64,000 nt of DNA from Lachnospiraceae bacterium. Lineage in GTDB: Bacteria > Bacillota > Clostridia > Lachnospirales > Lachnospiraceae. Shown one piece after another: positions 38,122 through 46,670 of the stretch. A model generated the notes under the pieces. It was not told the DNA's origin and made no database searches. It saw nothing but the letters and a program-made list of their open reading frames with translations. The DNA lies in the NCBI GenBank assembly GCA_024405115.1, contig JAKSPD010000006.1, positions 24,275-88,274 of the forward strand, given 5' to 3'. Every line of letters starts with the position of its first letter. Within the stretch, counting starts at the first letter, position 1. The position numbers were made by a program, and so were the translations under genes.

Positions 38122-39303
38122 ATGAAAGCAATCGTAAACGGAAAACTTGTTTTTCCTGACAGAATCACGGAAGGCGTCGTTTTAATGGACGGTGACCGGA
38201 TCATTGCTTCCGGGGACTGCCTGGTACCGGAAGGCTGTGAGATCATAGATGCAAAGGGACTTTATGTGGGCCCGGGTCTTTTTGACGAGCATGTTCACGG
38301 CTACAAGCAGTACGGCGAGTGCATCGACGCAAAGGATGACGCCAGGGCTGCGGCGCTTGCACATTTAAAGCACGGCACCACACAGATCACTCCTTCTGCT
38401 GCCTATTCCCTTACGAAAGAGGAATTTATAAGCCAGATCGACCAGTGCAACGAGGCAATGGAAAAGGGAGACACAAACATCGTGGGGATTCACTTTGAGG
38501 GACCCTTTACGAATCCAAAGCATGGGGCAAACTCACATCTGACATGGGAGTTTTCTGAGGAAGCATGTAAAGAAATCTTTGAGCGTGCGGGAAAGAATGT
38601 CCTTCACTGCACCTATGCTCCGGAAATGCCGCACGGTGAGAGAATGGAAGAAGTTCTCAAAAAGTACGGTGTCATCGGTGACATCGGACATACAAGGGCC
38701 GATGAGGCAAGCCTTTTGCGTGCCGTAAAGAACGGAGCACGTATCGTTACGCATCTTTTCGATGCCATGGGTAAGTACGGCTTTGACGAAGCAGGACAGA
38801 TGACTCCGGGCGGACTTTCCCTGCAGGGAACTGTTGCGGACATCCTCCTTGGAATTCCGGACCTTTATTATGAACTGATCTGTGATTCCCGCTGCATCCA
38901 TGTAAATGCATCCAGCATGCGCCTTGCATTAAGGTGTGCCGGAGAAGATTATATCATCTGCATTTCGGATACCACAGGCCGTCCGAATCAGCTGAATCCG
39001 GAGGATTATCCGCCGGAGGATCCGAAGAGCGCAACAGATCTTAACTTCAATCAGCTTGGTCAGCTTTCGGGAAGCCGGCTTTCCGCATCACAGAGTGTCG
39101 CGCACTTCATGAAGGAGACCGGAACCGATGTCAGAGTGGGCTTCAAGGTTGGTTCCGCAAACTCTGCAAAGGCACTGAATCTCTATGACAGCTACGGCTC
39201 CATCGAAGCGGGAAAGTATGCAAACATCATTTTCGTTGATGAAAAGTTTACCGTGAAGAAGGTCATCTTTAAAGGTAACGAACTTTCAGAAATCAGAGAG
39301 TAA
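38122..39303 (+). CDS. NagA-family amidohydrolase, paralog B
   Basis: Motifs GLFDEHVHG, HFEGPF, THLFDAMG and ELICDS. Collinear with 28691-29881. Confidence 0.6.
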   Translation: MKAIVNGKLVFPDRITEGVVLMDGDRIIASGDCLVPEGCEIIDAKGLYVGPGLFDEHVHGYKQYGECIDAKDDARAAALAHLKHGTTQITPSAAYSLTKEEFISQIDQCNEAMEKGDTNIVGIHFEGPFTNPKHGANSHLTWEFSEEACKEIFERAGKNVLHCTYAPEMPHGERMEEVLKKYGVIGDIGHTRADEASLLRAVKNGARIVTHLFDAMGKYGFDEAGQMTPGGLSLQGTVADILLGIPDLYYELICDSRCIHVNASSMRLALRCAGEDYIICISDTTGRPNQLNPEDYPPEDPKSATDLNFNQLGQLSGSRLSASQSVAHFMKETGTDVRVGFKVGSANSAKALNLYDSYGSIEAGKYANIIFVDEKFTVKKVIFKGNELSEIRE

Positions 39304-39465
39304 TTACCGTCTCTATTGCGCAAAATCTGCAGATTTGGCAGATTTGCGCGAAAAAGGCATCGTTTTTTGTGCAAAACTCGCAAAAAGATTAAAATTGTGC
39401 GAAAAGGCTCTTGAGCTGTTCTGCGGAGCGAGAGCCTGCCGCATGAAACAGGAAAGGCAGCATTC

Positions 39466-40353
39466 ATGTCTGTTTCAGTTTTTTTATATCTTATTTTATC
39501 TTTGTTCTGCAGTACCGGAACGAATGCGGTAAAGAGAACTTTTTCCAAAGAAATCATGCACACAAAGAGTGATAATCTCTGGTATTCGTTCCTTGGAAAT
39601 ATAGTGTCCATCGCGGTTCTTTTGTTTTTTGGCGGGTTTAAGGCTTCGCCTTATACGCTTTTTCTGGCTTTCCTGATGGGAATGGACCATCTTGTCACGG
39701 TTCTTCTTTTTACTAAGGCACTTCAGCTTGGCCCCCTTTCCATATCCACACTGATATCAAAGGCCATCATACTTATTGTATCCTCCCTCATAGGTCCGCT
39801 GTTCTTTGCAGAAGAACTTACGCTTACACTTATTCTTGGAATCATATGCATTCTGGGCTCCATGGTGTTAATTACGGACTTTAAGTCTGATAAGACCATG
39901 AGCATCAGATGGTTTGTGCTCATTGCATTATACGGCATTATCTGCGGATTTCAGGGGCTTTTCCAAAAGCTATTGGTGGAGTCACCTTATGCCGCAGAAA
40001 AGCCGGGATTTACCTTCTGGTCATTTGTTTTTGCTGCCATCGTAAACCTTGTGCTTCTTATCTTGAGCATGAGTACTGGAAAAAAGGAACCGGTTACTTA
40101 TAAGTTAAAAGGTTTTGCACTGTTTTCCATCATATTCAGCGGCGTATCCGCAAGTATCCTGTATGTGGTAAACTTAATACTGGTGGAGGCGCTTTCCACC
40201 GCCGTATTTTTCCCGATCAATATGTGTTCCACCATTCTGCTTACGACACTTGTGGGTGTTGTGATTTTTAAGGAGAGGATGAACCGGCGTCAGATCATCG
40301 GTTTTATTTTTGGAATTTTCGCTCTGCTGCTTACAGTCGGAGTGTTTGGATAA
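39466..40353 (+). CDS. DMT-like 10-TM permease (paralog of 19054-19926)
   Basis: 295 aa. Conserved C-terminal region shared with the paralog. Confidence 0.65.
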   Translation: MSVSVFLYLILSLFCSTGTNAVKRTFSKEIMHTKSDNLWYSFLGNIVSIAVLLFFGGFKASPYTLFLAFLMGMDHLVTVLLFTKALQLGPLSISTLISKAIILIVSSLIGPLFFAEELTLTLILGIICILGSMVLITDFKSDKTMSIRWFVLIALYGIICGFQGLFQKLLVESPYAAEKPGFTFWSFVFAAIVNLVLLILSMSTGKKEPVTYKLKGFALFSIIFSGVSASILYVVNLILVEALSTAVFFPINMCSTILLTTLVGVVIFKERMNRRQIIGFIFGIFALLLTVGVFG

Positions 40354-40365
40354 ACGGAGGATCAA

Positions 40366-41406
40366 TTGTCAATAATGACTGAAAAAGTTTTTATTTCCGT
40401 TGAAAAGCCTCAGTATAAGGCAAATCTTCACTGTCATACCACAATATCGGACGGTCACAATACACCGGAGGAAATGAAGGAGTACTATAAAGCACGCGGG
40501 TATCAGATCATGGCCATGACGGATCATGAGTTCCTGGTGGATCATACGGATCTTGCGGATGAAGATTTTCTCTGCATCAACGGCTATGAGTATGCTTTTG
40601 CGGAAGGCGGCGTGACCGGACTCACGGACCTTGCAAAATACAGAAAAGCCCGTACAATGGAATTCAACCTTTATGCGAAAGACCCGAAAAATACCACACA
40701 GGTATGTTTTAATCCGGAATGGGTGATCCACGGGGAGATGTGGCGCATACCGGAGATCAAAGCATATGAGAGAGACCTTCCCAGGGATTATACCGGGGAA
40801 TGTATGCAGAACCTGATCGATAAAGCCAGAGAGCATGGTTTTCTTGTCAATCTGAACCACCCGAATTATTCATATGAGGATACAGACTTTTTCGGAGACT
40901 TCCGGGGACTTATGTCCATGGAGATCATCAATCAGGGCAGTTATTACAAATACAGCGAGTTTAACGGCCAGATGTATGACCGGATGCTGAAGCTGGGTCA
41001 TCGTATCGGAATTCTTGCATCGGATGATAATCACAGGGCAAGTATCGACGGAGACGAGCTGGATCCCCGTCCGTGGGGCTGCACGATGATCCAGCCGGAG
41101 ACCTTTACGTATGAGGGAGTCATAGAGGCACTGGAAAAAGGAAATTATTACGCCAGCCAGGCACCTGTGATCGATTCCCTTGTCATGGAAGACGGTGCAG
41201 TAAAAATCAAGAGTAAAAACGCAAAATGTTTTGTCATGCTTACAGAGTTCCGGAATTCAAAGGCGGTTTCGGCACCGCTTCATGAGACGATCGACGAAGC
41301 GGAGTTCCCTGTCCCGGAAGGAGAGAGATACCTTCGTTTTGAAGTGTTTGATGCATACGGACGCCGTGCCGCCACAAGAGCCTATTTCCGTGACGAGTGG
41401 GAATAA
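40366..41406 (+). CDS. PHP-domain metal-dependent phosphoesterase
   Basis: N-terminal LHCHTTISDG (PHP motif I) plus MTDHE and NHP motifs. The track start at 40366 is TTG, 5 nt after GGAGG. ATG 40375 is an alternative. Confidence 0.65.
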   Translation: MSIMTEKVFISVEKPQYKANLHCHTTISDGHNTPEEMKEYYKARGYQIMAMTDHEFLVDHTDLADEDFLCINGYEYAFAEGGVTGLTDLAKYRKARTMEFNLYAKDPKNTTQVCFNPEWVIHGEMWRIPEIKAYERDLPRDYTGECMQNLIDKAREHGFLVNLNHPNYSYEDTDFFGDFRGLMSMEIINQGSYYKYSEFNGQMYDRMLKLGHRIGILASDDNHRASIDGDELDPRPWGCTMIQPETFTYEGVIEALEKGNYYASQAPVIDSLVMEDGAVKIKSKNAKCFVMLTEFRNSKAVSAPLHETIDEAEFPVPEGERYLRFEVFDAYGRRAATRAYFRDEWE

Positions 41407-41420
41407 AGGAGGAAAAAGAG

Positions 41421-41795
41421 ATGTCAATTGCAGTGATAAACATGCGGGAAGGATACTCGAAAGAGCAGAAGGCAGAACTTCTGAAGAGAACAAAAAAAGC
41501 CTGCATGGACGGCCTTCGGGTGGGCGAGCTTCACTCCTTCTGCCGTATCGATGAGATACCGCTTGAGAACTGTGACGAACAGACAAAGAGAATGATCAGT
41601 CTGTTTGTCTATACCACGGACGGAAAGAGTGTGGAAGGAAAAGATCTTGTATGTCAGGAATTTGAGGATGCCTGCAGAGAGGTGTTAGGCCCGGATTTTG
41701 GCTTCACGATCGTCATTTTCAAAGAGCATACAGATCTGGATGCCGGAAGCAAAGGCCATTTAAGACCCCTGAAGCCGGGATATCCGAACTACTGA
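41421..41795 (+). CDS. Hypothetical protein with tandem tautomerase-like halves
   Basis: 124 aa from ATG 41421 (RBS AGGAGG). Two roughly 60-aa halves with beta-alpha-beta-like pattern (MSIAVINMREGYSKEQKAELLKR…; MISLFVYTTDGKSVEGKDLVCQEFEDACREVLG). There is no N-terminal Pro. Confidence 0.3.
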   Translation: MSIAVINMREGYSKEQKAELLKRTKKACMDGLRVGELHSFCRIDEIPLENCDEQTKRMISLFVYTTDGKSVEGKDLVCQEFEDACREVLGPDFGFTIVIFKEHTDLDAGSKGHLRPLKPGYPNY

Positions 41796-42017
41796 TGTTT
41801 TTTGGCAAAAAAATAGTTCTTTTTCAATGATTTTGCCGTTTTTGATTCCTGTTTGGTAAAAAATCGGCGGTAGACGTGGTATTTTGCAGGCTTTTAAAGA
41901 AATTCCGAAAATAGCGGTAAGGATCAGCCAATCCTTCAATATTTTTGCCATTTGTATCTGGAAACTGGCAAAAAAACGAAGAAACGACGGAATTTTTGCC
42001 GGAGAGGGAGCTTATAT

Positions 42018-43124
42018 ATGGAAAGAAACTGGAAAGAAATTGACCGCAACATGGCGATCAGCGAGGTAAAAGATAAGGATCAGCTCAGCTGGTTCGACAT
42101 GAAGGAGACAAAGGAGCCGTTCCGTGTGAGCGGCCTGTACTGGTTCCGCGATAACAAAGGCTATTGCCGTGTACCGGAGGAATGGCTTCCCGTTCTTTCG
42201 GAAAAGGCACCGGGTGCCCGATACATGGCGGAGGATAATGCCGGCGGGCAGATTGCTTTTGAGACCGATGCGGAAAGGATCGTTGTGGATGTAAAGCTGG
42301 AGTGTCCGCAGCTCTGGGACCACTCACCGGCCACCATGGAAATGGGCTGCGACTGTTATATTGCCTATGAGGGAGAAGAACTCCATTTTGGAGGCGTTGC
42401 GAGATTTGACGCAAGGAAGAACTCCTATACGGCCGAAGTTCTGAGCGGCCACCCTAAAAAGCCCAAGCAGGTCGTGATCAATCTGCCTCTTTACGACCCT
42501 GTCGAAAGTTTTCGGATAGGCCTTCCGAAGGACGCATATATCAGGGCTCCGAAACCGTTTGCAAAGAAGAGCCCGATCGTTGTTTACGGCACATCCACCA
42601 CTCAGGGCGGCTGTGTTTCCCGCCCCGGCATCCTTCCGACAAATGTGATAGGACGCAGAATGAACCGCGAGATACTTAACTTCGGATTTTCAGGAAGCGG
42701 AAACGGTGAACCTGAGCTTGCGCAGATACTTGCAGAGATCAGAGATCCCGCTATGTACGAGCTGGAATATGAAAACAATGCCGGAGAACGTATTTACACC
42801 ACACTTGAGCCGTTTATTGACATTCTTCGCGAAAAGCATCCGGATACCCCCATTCTTGTGAGCTCCCGCGTGCCGGTATATAAGTTCAGTCATATTCCGG
42901 AGAGAATGAAGCAGTATGCGGACAGGCGCGAATATCAGAGGAAGACGGTGGAACGCCGCCGTGCGGAAGGTGATAAAAATCTTTACTTCCTTGACGGATG
43001 GAAAGCCTTCGAAGGAATACGCGATCCCGAAGACCTTTATGTGGACGGGATCCACCCGACGGATATGGGTGCCAGGGCTATCGCCGATTTCCTTGAGCCG
43101 TGGTTCCGAAAGCTTGCGGAGTGA
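42018..43124 (+). CDS. SGNH/GDSL-type hydrolase (carbohydrate esterase-like) with N-terminal beta-sandwich domain
   Basis: 368 aa from ATG 42018 (RBS GGAGAGGGAG). Catalytic-Ser block VVYGTSTTQGG. A C-terminal DGIHP block supplies the Asp/His. Confidence 0.6.
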   Translation: MERNWKEIDRNMAISEVKDKDQLSWFDMKETKEPFRVSGLYWFRDNKGYCRVPEEWLPVLSEKAPGARYMAEDNAGGQIAFETDAERIVVDVKLECPQLWDHSPATMEMGCDCYIAYEGEELHFGGVARFDARKNSYTAEVLSGHPKKPKQVVINLPLYDPVESFRIGLPKDAYIRAPKPFAKKSPIVVYGTSTTQGGCVSRPGILPTNVIGRRMNREILNFGFSGSGNGEPELAQILAEIRDPAMYELEYENNAGERIYTTLEPFIDILREKHPDTPILVSSRVPVYKFSHIPERMKQYADRREYQRKTVERRRAEGDKNLYFLDGWKAFEGIRDPEDLYVDGIHPTDMGARAIADFLEPWFRKLAE

Positions 43125-43381
43125 TTTTCTCCGAATCGTTACGCCATGTTCCAATCGTTTGTCGATCCATAAACTGTTATTATGGGAGCCATAATAATAG
43201 ACAAATACTGCGTGACTTCTGCGTAACAATCGGTCGAAACGCTGAAATTCAGAAAGATGTGTTACTGACATCGAAATAACGTCAGGTAATGTGTTATGAT
43301 ACCAAAAACAGAAGTCCGCCCGGTGCGGGGATTTCTGACGGCAGCTTTGATTTTACGTTTTGAATCACCGAGGTATACGAC

Positions 43382-44213
43382 ATGAATGATCTGGCTTACT
43401 TTGATCCCGATGTGGCAGCGGCAATAGACGCGGAGCTTGAGCGTCAGCGCAGCAATATCGAACTGATTGCATCCGAAAACATAGTATCTCCCGCTACGGC
43501 TTCCAGAACGGAAGCCCCATAGAGGATAACCCCGACTACCTCAAGCTCTTCTACCAGATGGGCAACCGCTTCATAATGCTCACGTACAATAAGCAGAACT
43601 TCATCGGTTGCGCGGAGGCGAGCCTAATGACAGCGGGCTTTCAAAACTCGGAAAAGATGTCGTAAAGGAGATGAACAGGCTGGGTATTGCGGTCGACCTC
43701 TCACATGTGGGGCACAAGACCTCATGGGATGCCATCGAGGTCTCAGACAGGCCATGCATCTTCACACACGCAAACCCGATAGCAATGGCCCCGGTGGCAC
43801 GTAATAAGTCTGACGAACTCGTTAAGTTCTGTGTTTCAAAGGGCGGAGTGATTGGCCCGAAGCACATGATAGGAAACATGACAGATAAGCTTGCTGAAGA
43901 GACCACCGTGCAGGACTATGTCAACATGATTGACTACTGGGTAAACCTTGTGGGAATCGACAGCGTGACAATCGGAACCGATTTTTCGGGAACCGTGACA
44001 GGGCTTGCGGAGGCAGACGCCCAGATAAACATGATAAGGGCAATGAGCCCGAACGCATATGTCGGGAAACGCTGCAAGCCCAAGGGATTTGACCGCATCG
44101 ACGGGCTTTTTAACGTTACGAGGGGATTAGTGAAGCTTGGATACACAGATGAGGACATTGCAAAGATATATTCCCTCAATATGAGAAGGGCACTCGGGGA
44201 AATCTGGAAATAA
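43382..44213 (+). pseudogene. Composite remnant: glyA 5' fragment (46 codons) joined to a 5'-truncated, frameshifted M19 membrane-dipeptidase gene
   Basis: 43382-43522 encodes [38 protein letters not shown]…stop, a GlyA N-terminus with IELIASEN. From about 43490 in the +2 frame, M19 homology begins ([34 protein letters not shown]) and stops at 43606. After a further +1 shift at about 43610 it continues to 44213 (…GLSKLGKDVVKEMNRLGIAVDLSHVGH…). The M19 N-terminal roughly 95 residues carrying the zinc ligands are absent. Confidence 0.65.
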
Positions 44214-44264
44214 AGATTACGCAGGGATGCTTTGGGAAAATGATTTTCGGGTAATAATGGAAAG

Positions 44265-45494
44265 ATGATAAGGGAAAATCAGGGAAAACTTCATTATGGC
44301 TGGGTGATTGCAGTCTGCTGCATACTTTTTGTGTGCGGTTCCTCGCTTGTTTCCACTGGAATGTCCACAAACTTAAACGCAATGAGGCAGCATCTGGGAT
44401 TTACGAACACCCAGACTTCGATGGTGCTTACGCTTCGGAGCATCGTGGGTTTCATTGCCGCGGTTTTTTCTGCAAGGTATTATGAAAAGCTGGGGCTTCG
44501 AAACGGCATCTGCCTTGCAATGCTTTCAGGCGTGCTTGCTTTTTTACTGTTTATAATTGGCGGGAAAAACATATATATCGTGTACATCGGCGGAGCCGTT
44601 TCCGGAGTATGCTATACATTTGGAATGATGCTTCCCGCATCGATGCTCATAAAGAACTGGTTCAATAAGTCAAGGGGCTTTGCACTGGCGATAGCCTCAT
44701 GCGGAACGGCAGCAGTATCCGTAATCTTTGCCCCGCTTACCCAGAGCATGGTCGATAATCATGGAATAATGTCTGCATTCATAATGGAGGGAGGATACCT
44801 TCTTCTGATGGCGGTCCTTTTATTCTTCCTTATAAAGGACAGACCTGAAATGATGGGCCTTGAGCCTTATGGTGGGAAGGACTGGGTTCCGGAGACAAAG
44901 GGGAGGGAACCGAAGGAGGCAACAAGCCTTACCAGAGGCTGGTACTATGCATATATTTTTGCGATAGTGCTCATAGGAATAGTGGCGAGCCCTGCAAATG
45001 CAAACCACACGAATAACTTTGTGACGGCAGGCCTTAAGCCCATGGATGTCGCAAAGGCAATTTCACTTTACGGGATACTTGTCACCGTTTCAAAGATCCT
45101 GTTCGGAAAGGCAGTCGACAGGGTCGGGACGTTTGCCACGACCATGATTTACGGGCTTAATTTCGTGATAGCACTTTCGCTGGAGGCATGCGTGAACTTT
45201 AACCCGAGGAACTGGTTCATGATCCTGTCACTTGCAATCTATGCCTTTGGCACGCTCGTGACCTCACTCGGATACCCGAACTGGACCGTTGACCTTGATT
45301 CATCTCATTACAATAAGACCTTAAGCCGCTGCCAGACCGGATATCAGTTTGGCGCCATCATAGGCTCCTATGTTCCCGGCGTCATCGCGGACGCGACCGG
45401 AAGCTATGCGGGAGCATATTTCTTCTTTGCCGCCTGCATCGCAATTGCGGTAATCATAGTGGCAGGGGCATATAACTCGCAGAAGAAGAAATGA
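44265..45494 (+). CDS. MFS transporter (OFA-like)
   Basis: 409 aa, 12 TM with a central cytoplasmic loop. Confidence 0.75.
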   Translation: MIRENQGKLHYGWVIAVCCILFVCGSSLVSTGMSTNLNAMRQHLGFTNTQTSMVLTLRSIVGFIAAVFSARYYEKLGLRNGICLAMLSGVLAFLLFIIGGKNIYIVYIGGAVSGVCYTFGMMLPASMLIKNWFNKSRGFALAIASCGTAAVSVIFAPLTQSMVDNHGIMSAFIMEGGYLLLMAVLLFFLIKDRPEMMGLEPYGGKDWVPETKGREPKEATSLTRGWYYAYIFAIVLIGIVASPANANHTNNFVTAGLKPMDVAKAISLYGILVTVSKILFGKAVDRVGTFATTMIYGLNFVIALSLEACVNFNPRNWFMILSLAIYAFGTLVTSLGYPNWTVDLDSSHYNKTLSRCQTGYQFGAIIGSYVPGVIADATGSYAGAYFFFAACIAIAVIIVAGAYNSQKKK

Positions 45495-45509
45495 GGGCCT
45501 GTCATCAAA

Positions 45510-45720
45510 ATTTGTAATAAACAGCTTAGCAGGCGTTATTTATTACAAAGGAATTGTAATTATTGATGGTCAGCGGGATGTTTTATTACAATTATTGTCT
45601 GTGGGTTTTGTAATAAAGTGCTGTCACGTGAGGCAGTTATTACAATTTAACCTCAGAAAAATGGTCATTTTGAAGAAAAACTTGTAATAATTCAATGCCA
45701 GAAGCAGAAAAGTTACAAGA
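45510..45720. repeat. Intergenic array of 8 alternating-orientation TTGTAATAA/TTATTACAA motifs
   Basis: Copies at about 45512, 45540, 45554, 45584, 45609, 45638, 45682 and 45712, with alternating orientation and 14-44 bp spacing. A CACGTG-centred imperfect palindrome sits at 45620-45636. Confidence 0.6.
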
Positions 45721-45832
45721 TTTGATCAAATCAAAAAATGGCGATGCCGCAATAAAAAAGGGATGCCGTACTACTGAATTCTTACAGTAACTTTCAGTAA
45801 TGCAGCATCCCTTTAAACTTTTGATACCATGT

Positions 45833-46414
45833 TCATGCCAGTTTTACTGTTTCCGGCCTTCCGTTTTCATTTACCGCCTCGTATTCAATGAAGCCGATTG
45901 TTTTCATGACGCCGTTCCAGCGTTCACGCATGTCAGGCTCATAGAAATCGGGACGGAACCCCAGTCCATAGTAAATCATTATCGCCGGGATACGGAATTC
46001 ATCAGTAAAGAGGCGCATCCTCCTGATGCCGTGTGCAATCGCATAGTTTACGCATGCGGCACATACGGCATGCCCGCCGCCCAGGTTTCTTGCGTTTCTC
46101 CTTGTTCCCACCATGTGGAGATAAGCCTCCATGGGATCATCTGTCATCTGGACTGCAGCCGTGGAGATAAGACGTCCGTAGGAAGCCATCACAAAAAGGA
46201 TTCCGTCATCCGGAATCTTTTTATCGCCAAGCATTACTGACCCGTAAAGCTTTTCATCATAATAGCGGTTTAACTGCTCGCAGGCGGAAGCCCACTGCTT
46301 TGAAAACTCACGCTTTGTGAAAAGCTTTGAAGACGAATCGATAATCGAAAATCCGTCTTTCAGGATTACCTCGGCAGGTTTCAGGTTTTCACATACCATT
46401 TTGATCTGCGACAT
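45833..46414 (-). CDS. GNAT-family N-acetyltransferase
   Basis: 193 aa from ATG 46414 (RBS GGAG). Acetyl-CoA-binding motif RRNARNLGGGHAV. The track ORF extends to 46675 only by reading through the tandem repeats. Confidence 0.7.
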   Translation of the reverse strand: MSQIKMVCENLKPAEVILKDGFSIIDSSSKLFTKREFSKQWASACEQLNRYYDEKLYGSVMLGDKKIPDDGILFVMASYGRLISTAAVQMTDDPMEAYLHMVGTRRNARNLGGGHAVCAACVNYAIAHGIRRMRLFTDEFRIPAIMIYYGLGFRPDFYEPDMRERWNGVMKTIGFIEYEAVNENGRPETVKLA

Positions 46415-46540
46415 AAAGTCTCCACTTACCTTTATAAAAGAATTATAAACGGGCCATGCAATAATTTCAACAGGTCTGTTCACGAAACATGTGCCGAGGC
46501 ATATGTAACCTTTGACTTGGACCGGAAGCCGTGACCGACA

Positions 46541-46670
46541 AAGAATGAAATAATCGGGACATTCAGCCTTAAACAAATTGAAATAATCGGGAAATACACT
46601 ATAATTTATATTGAAATAATCGGGGAAAATGCTATAATTTATAATGAAATAATCGGAAAGGATGGCACGA
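46541..46670 (+). repeat. About 33-bp tandem direct repeat x4 (core TGAAATAATCGG) with embedded TATAAT hexamers, upstream of the AAA-ATPase gene
   Basis: Cores at 46544, 46578, 46611 and 46644, spaced 34/33/33 bp. Copies 2 and 3 include CTATAATTTAT. The repeats end at the ATPase start codon. Confidence 0.75.

Noticed and set aside
39320-39460. Hairpin GCGCAAAATCTGC…GCAGATTTGCGC and repeated TGCGMAAAAGG motifs after the second NagA-like gene, considered as a riboswitch or sRNA
   Set aside because: The T-run is displaced about 10 nt from the hairpin. The motifs are short and A-rich with no similarity to a known RNA family. I treat it as an ordinary intergenic spacer with a weak terminator.
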